The position numbers and the translations under genes were made by a program. A DNA stretch of 64,000 nt from an uncultured Chloroflexia bacterium. Lineage in GTDB: Bacteria; Chloroflexota; Limnocylindria; Limnocylindrales; CSP1-4. The notes beneath the pieces were generated by a model. The model was not told the DNA's origin, made no database searches, and saw nothing but the letters and a program-made list of their open reading frames with translations. Shown piece after piece: positions 29,821 through 38,860 of this stretch. Positions within the stretch are counted from its first letter, which is position 1; each line of letters starts with the position of its first letter. The DNA is taken from assembly GCA_963819655.1 (NCBI GenBank), contig CAWFXA010000002.1:1184001-1248000 (forward strand), read 5' to 3'.

Positions 29821-30929
29821 GGAAGGACCTCGTCGAACGGGACGGTCTGGCCGTCCGGGACGTGGCGGAGGAACGCACGGCCGGCGCCATCGATGGGTAA
29901 CCGGCCATCCGGACCGAACAGCACCCAGTCCGGGGCATGCTCGCCGGCTCCGCCCGACCGGGCGGCACCGGCCACGAGCCTGTGGCCGTCGTGTTCGACA
30001 TCCATCGCCTGCGGGTCACGGCCATCGAGTCCGACCGCACGAAGGACGTGACCGTCCGGGCCGATCTCGTGGACGACGGCCGCTCGCCCCATCGGGTCCC
30101 GCGCGATCACTGCCTGCCCGGCGTCGTGGTGCAGGATCACCGCCGGATCGCCATCCGGGTCGACCGACAGGAGCGGACACGGCAGCCCGCGGCACGCGCC
30201 GTGCACCACCAACCTGTGCTCGACGAGTCCGACCAGATCACCGAGCGACGGGTCCGCGACGGTCCGCCGCTCACCGCTGGCCTCGTCCAGCAGGCGGAAG
30301 CGGCAGGCGACCTCTCCGCACGTCTGGGCGATCAGGGTCCGACCGTCCGCCGACCACGCCAGCTCGGTGCGCCATGTCTTGCCGAAGCGCGCGTCCGGAT
30401 CGATCGGCCGCAGGATGTGTGCCGCGGGCCGACCGTCGAGCGGCCGGCGCCACACGCCGAGGTCCGCTCGGCTGCGCCGATCCACCCGCGCCTCCGCGAT
30501 CGATCGCCCGTCCGGGCTGAGTGTCGCGTGGCGGATGACATCGTCCGATACCGCCAGCGCCCACCGACACGTACCGGCCAGATCGAGCAGGGACAGCGTG
30601 GATGTTCGACCGTCGTCTGCACCGACGAGGACCGTCCCGCCGACTGGTCCGCTCGCAAAGGACTCGGCGTCCAGGTCGAGCCTGAAGGGTCGGTCGAGAC
30701 CGGCTCGTCCGAGGACCAGTCGCTGGCCGGCCCATACGCTGTCGACCAGGATCGGGTCGAGCCGGTACCAGGCCCCGATCTGTTCCGAGCCAGGTCCGGG
30801 TGATCCCGCGCAGGGCGGGGGATCCCAGGGTGCCGGGGGAGCGCCGGTCGTTGTCGACGCGATGACAGCTAGCGCTCCGATCGCGGCGATGCCCGGCCCG
30901 GCTCGACGGAACCAACGTGCCTCCACCAT
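29817..30929 (-). CDS. Secreted/membrane-anchored beta-propeller protein
   Basis: N-terminal hydrophobic helix; LSPDGRSI and WSADGRTL propeller repeats; paired Cys. Confidence 0.6.
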   Translation of the reverse strand: MVEARWFRRAGPGIAAIGALAVIASTTTGAPPAPWDPPPCAGSPGPGSEQIGAWYRLDPILVDSVWAGQRLVLGRAGLDRPFRLDLDAESFASGPVGGTVLVGADDGRTSTLSLLDLAGTCRWALAVSDDVIRHATLSPDGRSIAEARVDRRSRADLGVWRRPLDGRPAAHILRPIDPDARFGKTWRTELAWSADGRTLIAQTCGEVACRFRLLDEASGERRTVADPSLGDLVGLVEHRLVVHGACRGLPCPLLSVDPDGDPAVILHHDAGQAVIARDPMGRAAVVHEIGPDGHVLRAVGLDGRDPQAMDVEHDGHRLVAGAARSGGAGEHAPDWVLFGPDGRLPIDGAGRAFLRHVPDGQTVPFDEVLP

Positions 30930-31063
30930 CTCGTGGGCCTCCTCCAGCGGGCTGGGATGCGGGCGGGAGGGGGCGAGGTGGGCATCGTAGGGACGGGCGC
31001 TTCACTGCCAGTTATCTGGGACGCGCGACCCTGTGCTACGCTCGCGGCGACGTTCTCGTCGAA

Positions 31064-31185
31064 CGCCGCGTGGTCGCGAAGCCGGTGAGATTCCGGCACA
31101 GTCCCGCTACGGTGAACCGCCCTCGGGCGGAAGTCCGGTCGCCGACCCCGCGGTGCATGCTCGAACCTTCGAGAGAAAGGTAGGC
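31064..31185 (+). ncRNA. Cobalamin riboswitch (compact, class-II-like)
   Basis: GAAGCCGGTGAGATTCCGGCACAGTCCCGCTACGGTGA core, AAGTCCG..CGCC B12-box-like segment, downstream hairpin; precedes btu/cob genes. Confidence 0.85.
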
Positions 31186-31299
31186 AGGACCGTGCACCGC
31201 TTCACCTGACCCCTCCTTCGACCTGCTCGAAGGGAGGGGTTTCGCGCACTTTGGCGCGCGGCCTCTCCGGTGATCCACCCGAAACCCGGAGGCCTGTCG

Positions 31300-32313
31300 A
31301 TGCTGACCAAGGACCGACGCCGACACGTCGTCCTGACCTTGACCTTGTCCGCCATGATCGCGGCCTGCTCGTCGCCGGCGGCAACGACCACCCCGACGGA
31401 GACGGCCACCGCGGCACCGCCCCCCGCAACGATCTCAGCGTCACCGACCCCTGCGGCCGCCTTCCCGGTCACCGTGACCGATGACGAAGGCACCGCGATC
31501 GAGATCGGATCCGAGCCCGAGAGGATCGTCTCGCTGACCCCCGCGAACACCGAGATCCTGTTCGCGCTCGGTGCCGGCGATCGCGTCGTCGCCACGGACG
31601 ACGGCAGCGACCATCCGGAGGCGGCCGTCGCCCTGCCCGACGTGGCGACGTTCTCGACCGTGGATATCGAGAAGGTCGTCGCCCTGGAGCCGGACCTCGT
31701 CGTGGCAGGTGGCCTCGGTTTCACCCCGGACGACGCGATCACGCGGTTGCGTGGTCTCGACATTCCCGTGGTCGTCGTGTACGCCACGTCCGTCGAGGCC
31801 GTGTACGACGACATCGAGCTCATCGGGACGGCCACTGGCACCAGCGACACAGCGACGACCGTGACCGCCGACATGCGCGCGGAGATCGATTCGATCAGCG
31901 CCGCGGCATCGACTGCGGGCACCAGACCGCGCGTGCTCTACGAGGTCGGGTACGACGACACGACAGGGGCGATCTATGCGCCCGCGGACGAGTCCTTCGT
32001 CGCCGAGGTGGTGACGCTGGCCGGTGCCGAGACCATCACGACGGGTGACCCCAACACGTATGAGATCTCGTTGGAGACATTGATCGGCAAGGACCCGCAG
32101 ATCATCGTGCTCGGGACGAATCCCTTCTACGCGCCGACGCCCGACGCGGTCGCGAAGCGACCGGGCTGGGACGCGATGACCGCCGTCCGCAACGGCGACG
32201 TCCGGCCGGTGCGGGACATCGAGATCACCCGTCCGGGGCCGCGGTTGCCGCTCGGTCTGCGAAATCTGGTCGGCGCCATCTGGCCCGACCTCACGCTGCC
32301 GGCCGCGTCGTAG
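31300..32313 (+). CDS. btuF: Cobalamin ABC substrate-binding lipoprotein
   Basis: Lipobox MIAAC; FPVTVTDD, PERIVSLTPANTEILFALG, EPDLV, RPGPRL; under B12 riboswitch. Confidence 0.85.
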   Translation: MLTKDRRRHVVLTLTLSAMIAACSSPAATTTPTETATAAPPPATISASPTPAAAFPVTVTDDEGTAIEIGSEPERIVSLTPANTEILFALGAGDRVVATDDGSDHPEAAVALPDVATFSTVDIEKVVALEPDLVVAGGLGFTPDDAITRLRGLDIPVVVVYATSVEAVYDDIELIGTATGTSDTATTVTADMRAEIDSISAAASTAGTRPRVLYEVGYDDTTGAIYAPADESFVAEVVTLAGAETITTGDPNTYEISLETLIGKDPQIIVLGTNPFYAPTPDAVAKRPGWDAMTAVRNGDVRPVRDIEITRPGPRLPLGLRNLVGAIWPDLTLPAAS

Positions 32314-32321
32314 CCGTCGAC

Positions 32322-33398
32322 ATGTCGGCGGGAGCGCTGTCTCGCGACCTCGAATCGGGTGGGTTCGCCGCCTGGGTCCGGGCACGGCCGATCGCGGTGG
32401 GGCTCGCCGCGGGCGTGTCGCTCGCGGCGATCCTCGTCCTGGGGGTCGGTCTCGGCTCCGTCACGATCCCACCCGACGAGGTCGTCGGCGTGATCCTGTC
32501 GAAGACGCTCGGGCTCGACATCGGGGTCACCTGGTCGCCGGCGACCGAGGCGATCGTCTGGGAACTCCGGTTGCCGCGCGTCCTCACATCGATGGTCATC
32601 GGCTGCGCTCTCGCGATCGCCGGCGCCACCTTCCAGGGGCTGCTCCGTAACCCTCTGGCCGACCCGTACGTGCTGGGCACGGCGTCGGGCGCCGCTCTCG
32701 GCGCAGCGATCGCCGTGCTCCTGCCGATCCAGCTCATGGTCATCGAGTTCGGCCTGCTCCACGGCTTCGCGTTTGCCGGGGCGCTCATCTCCGCCTGGCT
32801 GGTCTTCCGTCTCGGGGGAACCGGCGGCGCGGGAGGCATCACCCGCCTGCTGCTCACGGGCTATGCGGTCGGTTCCGTCCTCGCGGCCATGCTCACGATG
32901 GCGATGTACGTCTCGGGCGTCGAGCTACGTCAGATCTTCTCGTTTCTGCTCGGGGGTCTCGGCGGGGCGTCGTGGGTGCGTCTGCTCGTCGCGGCGCCCC
33001 TGATCTTTGGCGCGTCCGCGTTGATCATCGCGCGGGGCAGGACGCTCGACGCGTTGATGCTTGGGGACGCCGCCGCGCGCCATCTCGGCGTGGACGTCGG
33101 CCGCGAACGAGGGATCCTGCTCGCTCTCGCGTCGATGGCGACGGCGGCCGCGGTGGCGATCAGCGGTCTGATCGGGTTCGCGGGTCTCGTCGTGCCCCAC
33201 TTCGTCCGTCTGCTGGTCGGCCCGTCGGCGAACCGTGTCCTGCCGATCTCCGCGGTCGTCGGGGCAGCGCTGGTATCGGCGGCGGACCTCGTCGCGCGAC
33301 TCATAGGCGACGTCCCGGTCGGTGTCGTGATGGCGCTGCTGGGCGCCCCATTCTTCCTGTTCCTGCTGCAGCGCTCGCGCTCCGGGTACCAGTTGTGA
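32322..33398 (+). CDS. btuC: Cobalamin ABC permease (FecCD family)
   Basis: WELRLPRVL, QGLLRNPLADPYVLG, GLIGFAGLVVPH, PVGVVMALLGAPFF. Confidence 0.87.
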   Translation: MSAGALSRDLESGGFAAWVRARPIAVGLAAGVSLAAILVLGVGLGSVTIPPDEVVGVILSKTLGLDIGVTWSPATEAIVWELRLPRVLTSMVIGCALAIAGATFQGLLRNPLADPYVLGTASGAALGAAIAVLLPIQLMVIEFGLLHGFAFAGALISAWLVFRLGGTGGAGGITRLLLTGYAVGSVLAAMLTMAMYVSGVELRQIFSFLLGGLGGASWVRLLVAAPLIFGASALIIARGRTLDALMLGDAAARHLGVDVGRERGILLALASMATAAAVAISGLIGFAGLVVPHFVRLLVGPSANRVLPISAVVGAALVSAADLVARLIGDVPVGVVMALLGAPFFLFLLQRSRSGYQL

Positions 33399-34162
33399 CG
33401 GACGCCTCCCCGATCCTCCAGGCGTCCGGCGTGACGATCACGTACGGTGAGCGGACCGTCGTTGACCGCGCGACGCTGGCCGTCGCGCGAGGAGAGCGGG
33501 TGGCGCTCGTCGGGCCGAACGGCGCCGGCAAATCGACCTTGCTGCGCGCGCTGACCGGCGTGCTCGTGCCGAAGAGTGGGTCGGTCGGTCTCGCCGGCGA
33601 GGCGATCGAGCACGTCGGGCGGGCCACCCTGGCGCGCACGGTCGCGGTCGTGCCGGAAGTCGCGGACCTCCCGTTCGCGATGCCGGTCGTGGAGGTCGTC
33701 GCGTTGGGCCGGCTGCCACACGACCCACCGTTCAGCGGGCTTCGGAGCAGCGACGTCACGGCGATCGACCGAGCGATCGAACGCGTCGGCATCCAGCATC
33801 TTCGGACGCGCGATGTCCGCGAGCTGTCGATGGGTGAGCGGCAGCTGGTCTTCATCGCGGTGGCCCTCGCTCAGGCCGCCCCGATCCTCGTGGTCGATGA
33901 GCCGACCGCGCACCTCGATATCCGCCACCAGGTCGAGGTGATGCAGCTGCTCGTCGAGTTGAACGTTCGGGACGGCGCGACGATCGTCGCGGTCCTCCAC
34001 GATCTCGCGCTCGCCGCCCACTTCTTCCCACGCGTCGTCGTCATGGATGGCGGGCGGATCGTGGCGGACGGCTCGCCGGCCGAGACGCTCGGCGAAACGA
34101 CGATCCGGACGGTCTTCGGGGTCGATCCGGGACTGGTCCGTTTGCCCGTGGCGGCTGGCTGA
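33395..34162 (+). CDS. btuD: Cobalamin ABC ATPase
   Basis: GPNGAGKST, LSMGERQ, DEPTAHLD, VLHDL. Confidence 0.85.
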   Translation: MTDASPILQASGVTITYGERTVVDRATLAVARGERVALVGPNGAGKSTLLRALTGVLVPKSGSVGLAGEAIEHVGRATLARTVAVVPEVADLPFAMPVVEVVALGRLPHDPPFSGLRSSDVTAIDRAIERVGIQHLRTRDVRELSMGERQLVFIAVALAQAAPILVVDEPTAHLDIRHQVEVMQLLVELNVRDGATIVAVLHDLALAAHFFPRVVVMDGGRIVADGSPAETLGETTIRTVFGVDPGLVRLPVAAG

Positions 34163-34164
34163 CG

Positions 34165-34914
34165 ATGGACACGATGCGGGACGCGATCGGCCTCCTCACC
34201 CGCCTGCCGGTCGCGGTGGCCGGCACGGATCGGTCTGGAGCGGCGGCGTTCGCCATCGTCGGCGCGCTCGTCGGCGCAGTGGGTGCCGTGCCGCTGGCCG
34301 TGCTCGCCGGACCGGCCGGTGAGCCCGTGCTGGGTGCGATCGCGGCCATCGCGACCGTTGCGATCGTCACCGGTGCGCTCCACCTCGACGGTCTGGCAGA
34401 CACCGCCGACGCGCTGCTCGCTCGTGACCCGGCGGCGGCCGAGCGGGCGCGGACAGACCCGCATCTGGGGACCGGCGGAGCCATCGCGCTGGTGCTCGCG
34501 ATCGGCGCCGAGATCGCCGCGCTGGCGAACATCGCCGGGTCCGCTGGGGTCGTGCTCAGCGCATCGGCGCTTGTCGTCGTCACCGCGTTCTCGCGGGTGG
34601 TCCCGGTCGTGGCGGTGCAGACGGCGCTCGTGCGAACGGCCTCGTCCGGGCTCGGGTCGTGGTTCGGCGCGACCGTCTCGCGCACGGACGCGATCCTTGC
34701 GGCCGGGACGGCGGCCCTGGTGCTGGGTGCCGCGATGGCCATCTCCGGCGCGAGCTGGACGCTCCCTGTGGCGGCCGTCGTCGAGCTCGGCGTCGGCCTC
34801 GCAACGGTCGCCGCCCTCGTCCGCGTGCGTGGAAGCCTTGACGGGGATGGGATGGGCGCGTCGATCGAGATCTCGATGGTCGCCGGCCTGGCCGCCGTCG
34901 CGGTCGCATCGTGA
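34165..34914 (+). CDS. cobS: Adenosylcobinamide-GDP ribazoletransferase (cobalamin synthase)
   Basis: LLTRLP, TGALHLDGLADTADAL, GDGMGA; multi-TM. Confidence 0.88.
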   Translation: MDTMRDAIGLLTRLPVAVAGTDRSGAAAFAIVGALVGAVGAVPLAVLAGPAGEPVLGAIAAIATVAIVTGALHLDGLADTADALLARDPAAAERARTDPHLGTGGAIALVLAIGAEIAALANIAGSAGVVLSASALVVVTAFSRVVPVVAVQTALVRTASSGLGSWFGATVSRTDAILAAGTAALVLGAAMAISGASWTLPVAAVVELGVGLATVAALVRVRGSLDGDGMGASIEISMVAGLAAVAVAS

Positions 34915-34926
34915 CGGTCTGAGCAC

Positions 34927-35466
34927 GTGGCGTCCCCACTCATCCTCGCACTCGGCGGGACCCGCAGCGGCAAAAGCCGATTCGGTCTCGCGACGACCCG
35001 CCGACTGGCCGGCGATGGGCGGGCCTGGTTCCTCGGCACCGCCTGGAGTGGCGACCCCGAGCTCGACGAGCGCATCAGGCGCCATCGTCTCGAGCGCCCC
35101 GCGGACTGGCCGACGGTCGATGTCGGGGTCGATCTGGCGGCATCGATCGCGTCCACCGCGCCCGCCGAGCCGATCCTCCTCGACGGCCTGACCCTGTGGC
35201 TCAGCAGCCTGCTCGGCGACGACGTCCCGGCGATCGATCCGATCCTCGACGGACCGGTTGCCGCGGCCTTCGACGCTCTCGCCGCTCGACCCGGTCCAGC
35301 GGTCGTCGTGAGCGACGAGGTCGGTCTTGGCATCGTCCCCATGCACCCGAACGCGCGGGTGTATCGCGACCTCGTCGGGATCGCCCATCAGCGGCTCGCC
35401 GCGATGGCCGACGAGGCGTATCTCTTCGTCGCCGGCATGCCGGTCACCCTGAAAGGACCGCGATGA
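34927..35466 (+). CDS. cobU: Bifunctional adenosylcobinamide kinase/guanylyltransferase
   Basis: GGTRSGKS, RIRRHRLERP, LLDGLTLWL, VSDEVGLGIVP. Confidence 0.9.
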   Translation: MASPLILALGGTRSGKSRFGLATTRRLAGDGRAWFLGTAWSGDPELDERIRRHRLERPADWPTVDVGVDLAASIASTAPAEPILLDGLTLWLSSLLGDDVPAIDPILDGPVAAAFDALAARPGPAVVVSDEVGLGIVPMHPNARVYRDLVGIAHQRLAAMADEAYLFVAGMPVTLKGPR

Positions 35467-36584
35467 GTCCGGACGAAGCGGCGCTCGCGGCCGGCATCGA
35501 TGCGGTCGAGACACTGGGCCCACTCGATCCGGTGGCTATGGCCGACGCGGCGGCGATCCTCGATGCGCTGACGAAGCCGCCCGGAAGCCTCGGTCGGCTC
35601 GAAGACCTGGTCATCCAGCTCGCCGGGATCACCGCGACCACCCGACCGACCCTGCGCGATCGAGCGATCGTCGTCGCCGCGGCCGATCATGGCGTCGCCC
35701 GACAGGGCGTTTCGGCCTATCCCGCCGAGGTCACGGCGCAGATGGTCGGCAACTTCTTGGCCGGCGGCGCGGCGATCAATACGCTCGGTGCGACTGTCGG
35801 AGCGAGCCTCACCGTGATCGACGTCGGCGTTGCGGGGTCGATCCCGGACGCGGCTGCCGTGGGTGGGCACGGCGCACGCCTCCTCCGTGCTCGAGTCCGC
35901 CCGGGCACCGCCGACATGACGATCGGCGCCGCCATGTCCCGCGAGGAGGCGCTCCGCGCCGTGGCTGTCGGCCTGGCGGCGAGTCGCTCGCTGCGGGCGG
36001 ACGGCGTGGAGCTCATCGCGGTCGGCGAGATGGGCATCGGCAACACGACCGCCGCCAGCGCGATCACAGCCGCGATGACCGGTCTCGCCCCGGAGCGCGT
36101 CACGGGCCACGGGACCGGGATCGACGACGCGAGACACGCCCACAAGGTCGAGATCGTCACGGGCGCACTCGATCGACACCGACCCGACCCCGCGGATCCG
36201 ATCGGCGTCCTCGCAGCGGTCGGCGGGCTCGAGATCGGTGCTCTGGTCGGGGTTCTGATCGGCGCCGTCGCGGGCCGCACCCCGGTCGTGCTCGACGGTT
36301 TCATCACGGGCGCGGCGGCCCTGCTGGCGGCGGCCCTGGCGCCGGGGATCGCACCTCGGCTGATCGCCGGCCATCGCAGCGTGGAGCCGGGCCACGCGAT
36401 CGTCCTGGAGCGGCTCGGCCTGCGGCCCGTCCTGGAGCTCGACCTTCGGCTGGGAGAGGGGACCGGCGCCGCCCTCGCGATCACCGTCATCGACGCCGCG
36501 ATCGCCTTGCGCGACGGCATGGCGACGTTCGGATCCGCGCGGGTCTCCGGCCCTCTCGAACGCATCACCCCCGCCGACCGGTGA
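35463..36584 (+). CDS. cobT: Nicotinate-nucleotide-dimethylbenzimidazole phosphoribosyltransferase
   Basis: LTKPPGSLGRLE, AADHGV, SAYP, GEMGIGNTT, RLGEGTGA. Confidence 0.93.
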   Translation: MSPDEAALAAGIDAVETLGPLDPVAMADAAAILDALTKPPGSLGRLEDLVIQLAGITATTRPTLRDRAIVVAAADHGVARQGVSAYPAEVTAQMVGNFLAGGAAINTLGATVGASLTVIDVGVAGSIPDAAAVGGHGARLLRARVRPGTADMTIGAAMSREEALRAVAVGLAASRSLRADGVELIAVGEMGIGNTTAASAITAAMTGLAPERVTGHGTGIDDARHAHKVEIVTGALDRHRPDPADPIGVLAAVGGLEIGALVGVLIGAVAGRTPVVLDGFITGAAALLAAALAPGIAPRLIAGHRSVEPGHAIVLERLGLRPVLELDLRLGEGTGAALAITVIDAAIALRDGMATFGSARVSGPLERITPADR

Positions 36585-37174
36585 CCGAGATCGTGCTCGT
36601 CCGTCACGCGGCGACGACGTGGTCGGGCAGCCGATATTGCGGGCGGAGTGACCCGCCGTTGTCCGACACCGGCCGGGCGGAGGCAGTGCGACTCGCCGCG
36701 GACCTCGCGCCGCTCATCGTGACCCGGACGCTCCTGATCTCGAGCCCGTCGATCCGGGCACGCGAGACGGCCAAGGCGATCGCCTCGGCCGCTGGGATCG
36801 ACCATGTGGAAACTGACGACCGCTGGCTCGAAGCCGATGTCGGTATCGCCGAAGGGCGGACCTTCGACGAGGTGGCAGAACAGGCCCCGGCACTCGCCGA
36901 AATGCTCGCCGCCGGCACGCTCGAGATCGACTGGCCCGGTGGGGAGACGCATCTCGCCCTGGCTGGTCGGGTCGCCGGCGCCTGGCAAGACCTCGTGGAC
37001 CTTCGGCGCCCGTTCATCGTCGTGACCCATGCCGGTCCGTTGATGCACGCCCTCGCGTTCGCGGAGCGGCGGCCACCCCGGAGCGACGACCTCCTGGCAC
37101 CGGCGGCGTACGTGCGGGTGCGACTCCCCGGCGAGGGGCTAACGTCACCCACCGTGCTACCCTCCCGGGCGTGA
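36581..37174 (+). CDS. cobC: Histidine phosphatase (alpha-ribazole phosphatase-like)
   Basis: LVRHA, GRSDPPLS, SSP..RARETA, PGGET, VTHAG; last gene of cob operon. Confidence 0.75.
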   Translation: MTEIVLVRHAATTWSGSRYCGRSDPPLSDTGRAEAVRLAADLAPLIVTRTLLISSPSIRARETAKAIASAAGIDHVETDDRWLEADVGIAEGRTFDEVAEQAPALAEMLAAGTLEIDWPGGETHLALAGRVAGAWQDLVDLRRPFIVVTHAGPLMHALAFAERRPPRSDDLLAPAAYVRVRLPGEGLTSPTVLPSRA

Positions 37175-37860
37175 CGCCACCCCGACCGGTCTCGACGGGA
37201 CGTCCTGCCGCCGTCCGTCATCGGCCGACCCTCGTGCTCCTTGCAACCGCCGCGATCGCCGTGCTCGCGGCTGGCTGCATCGGTGGCGAGACGGCGTCGA
37301 CGACCACGCCGAGTGCGAGCCTCGCGCCGTTCACCGCGCCTCCGTCAGCGACCATGTCGAGCGCTCCGAGTGCGTTGCCGACAGAAACCCCCACGGTCGC
37401 GCCGACCCCGAGCGGATCGCCGGCCGAGTCGCCGGCGGCGGATGCGGTCGCTGGCTGCACCGGCACCGACGACAACCGCGCTTTCTACACCGAGGCCGCG
37501 GCAAACCTCGACTGGCCGGTGTACTGCGCCGTTCTGCCGGCTCGCTGGTCGGTCAACACGGGCAGCTACAGCGGACAGGGCGTCGGGCGGCTCGTCATCT
37601 CCTACAGGGGCCCCGGCGGCGCCAGCCTGTCCCTGCACCAAGGTGCGTTCTGCGACGACGGCGACGGCTGCGTCGCGGCCGGAACTGACTCCGGCGACGC
37701 ACCCTTCGGCGATCAGACCGGCACGCTGGTCGTCCTCGATGGCGGCGGCTACGCGATCGTCGTCGATCGCGGCGGACAGCCGAGCTGGCTCGTCACGGGC
37801 CAGGGCCTCGACGAAGCCACGTTCCGGGCATTCGCCGCCGACTTCATCCGCCTCGACTGA
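37171..37860 (+). CDS. Putative lipoprotein, unknown function
   Basis: Lipobox LAAGC; Pro/Thr linker; WPVYCAVLPARW domain. Confidence 0.7.
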   Translation: MTPPRPVSTGRPAAVRHRPTLVLLATAAIAVLAAGCIGGETASTTTPSASLAPFTAPPSATMSSAPSALPTETPTVAPTPSGSPAESPAADAVAGCTGTDDNRAFYTEAAANLDWPVYCAVLPARWSVNTGSYSGQGVGRLVISYRGPGGASLSLHQGAFCDDGDGCVAAGTDSGDAPFGDQTGTLVVLDGGGYAIVVDRGGQPSWLVTGQGLDEATFRAFAADFIRLD

Positions 37861-38808
37861 TCAGTCGGGACGCGGTTCCGCCGGTCCGGCCTCGGCGAGC
37901 GCGGCCTCGGCAACCCCCGCGACCGCGTCGACCGTGGATTCCATGTCCGCGTCGTCGCCTGCCATCACGGCCGTCGCCCCGAAGCCGATGACCGGCGCGC
38001 CGCTCGTCGCGATCGTCCGCACCGTGGCGATCGCCGTCCCGAGCGTGAGGCCCCCGGGCTCGGGCGTCGCCACAGCCCAGCCGCCGGCGGCATCGAGCGC
38101 ATCCATGTCGAACGCGATGTACCAGGCGTCGATCCGCTCTGCGACCGTGGCGCTCCACGATTCGACGGCGGCCTGACCGGCGGCGTCCGCCAGCATCCCA
38201 GGCCCGAACTGCGCCACCCCGTTCGCGGCGAGCAGCCTCAATTCGGTCTCATCGAGCACCTGGCCGCCAAACAGCCCGGCATCGAGCTCACGCACGGTCG
38301 GGCCCTCTGCCGCCGCGACCAGGGCCGGGTCGCCGCGACCACAGGCCATCGCGAACGGCATGCCCCACACGTTGCCCGACGGCGTCGTGTCCGGCGTGTT
38401 GAAGTCGCCGTGGGCGTCGAACCAGGCCAGCCCGAGGCGCATCCCCGGCCGGGCCCTGCGGATGCCGGCCATGGCTCCCGCATGGGTCGTGCAGTCGCCC
38501 CCGAGGACGAGCAGGCGCGCGTCATCACCGCCCTGGACGAGGCCGGTCTGGACATGGGTCGCGAGGCGACCGAGATAGGCCACGATGCGGTCGCGGTTTT
38601 TCGCGCGCGGATCGTCGTCGGCGACCCAGCCCGGATCGTTGGCGGCGTCGCCATGGTCGAGCCACGTGATGCCCGACAGCGACGACCTCGCCGCGAGCCG
38701 GTCGCGCAGGCCAAGCCTGCGGAGCTCGGTCGGGGTCCGCTCCATACCGCCGAAGTGGCCGCCGAGCGCCGTCGGGGAGCCGGCGATCACGATGGTGGGA
38801 TCGGTCAC
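37861..38808 (-). CDS. Arginase/ureohydrolase family protein with variant active site
   Basis: LGGDCT, WFDAHGDFNTP.T.PSGNVWGMP, FDMDALD, TPEPGGL; -10 box TATCCT 7 nt before GTG. Confidence 0.85.
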   Translation of the reverse strand: MTDPTIVIAGSPTALGGHFGGMERTPTELRRLGLRDRLAARSSLSGITWLDHGDAANDPGWVADDDPRAKNRDRIVAYLGRLATHVQTGLVQGGDDARLLVLGGDCTTHAGAMAGIRRARPGMRLGLAWFDAHGDFNTPDTTPSGNVWGMPFAMACGRGDPALVAAAEGPTVRELDAGLFGGQVLDETELRLLAANGVAQFGPGMLADAAGQAAVESWSATVAERIDAWYIAFDMDALDAAGGWAVATPEPGGLTLGTAIATVRTIATSGAPVIGFGATAVMAGDDADMESTVDAVAGVAEAALAEAGPAEPRPD

Positions 38809-38860
38809 GTCGCTCAGGATACCCGTGCGGCGGCGATCGACCTTCGGCATGATGGCCGTG

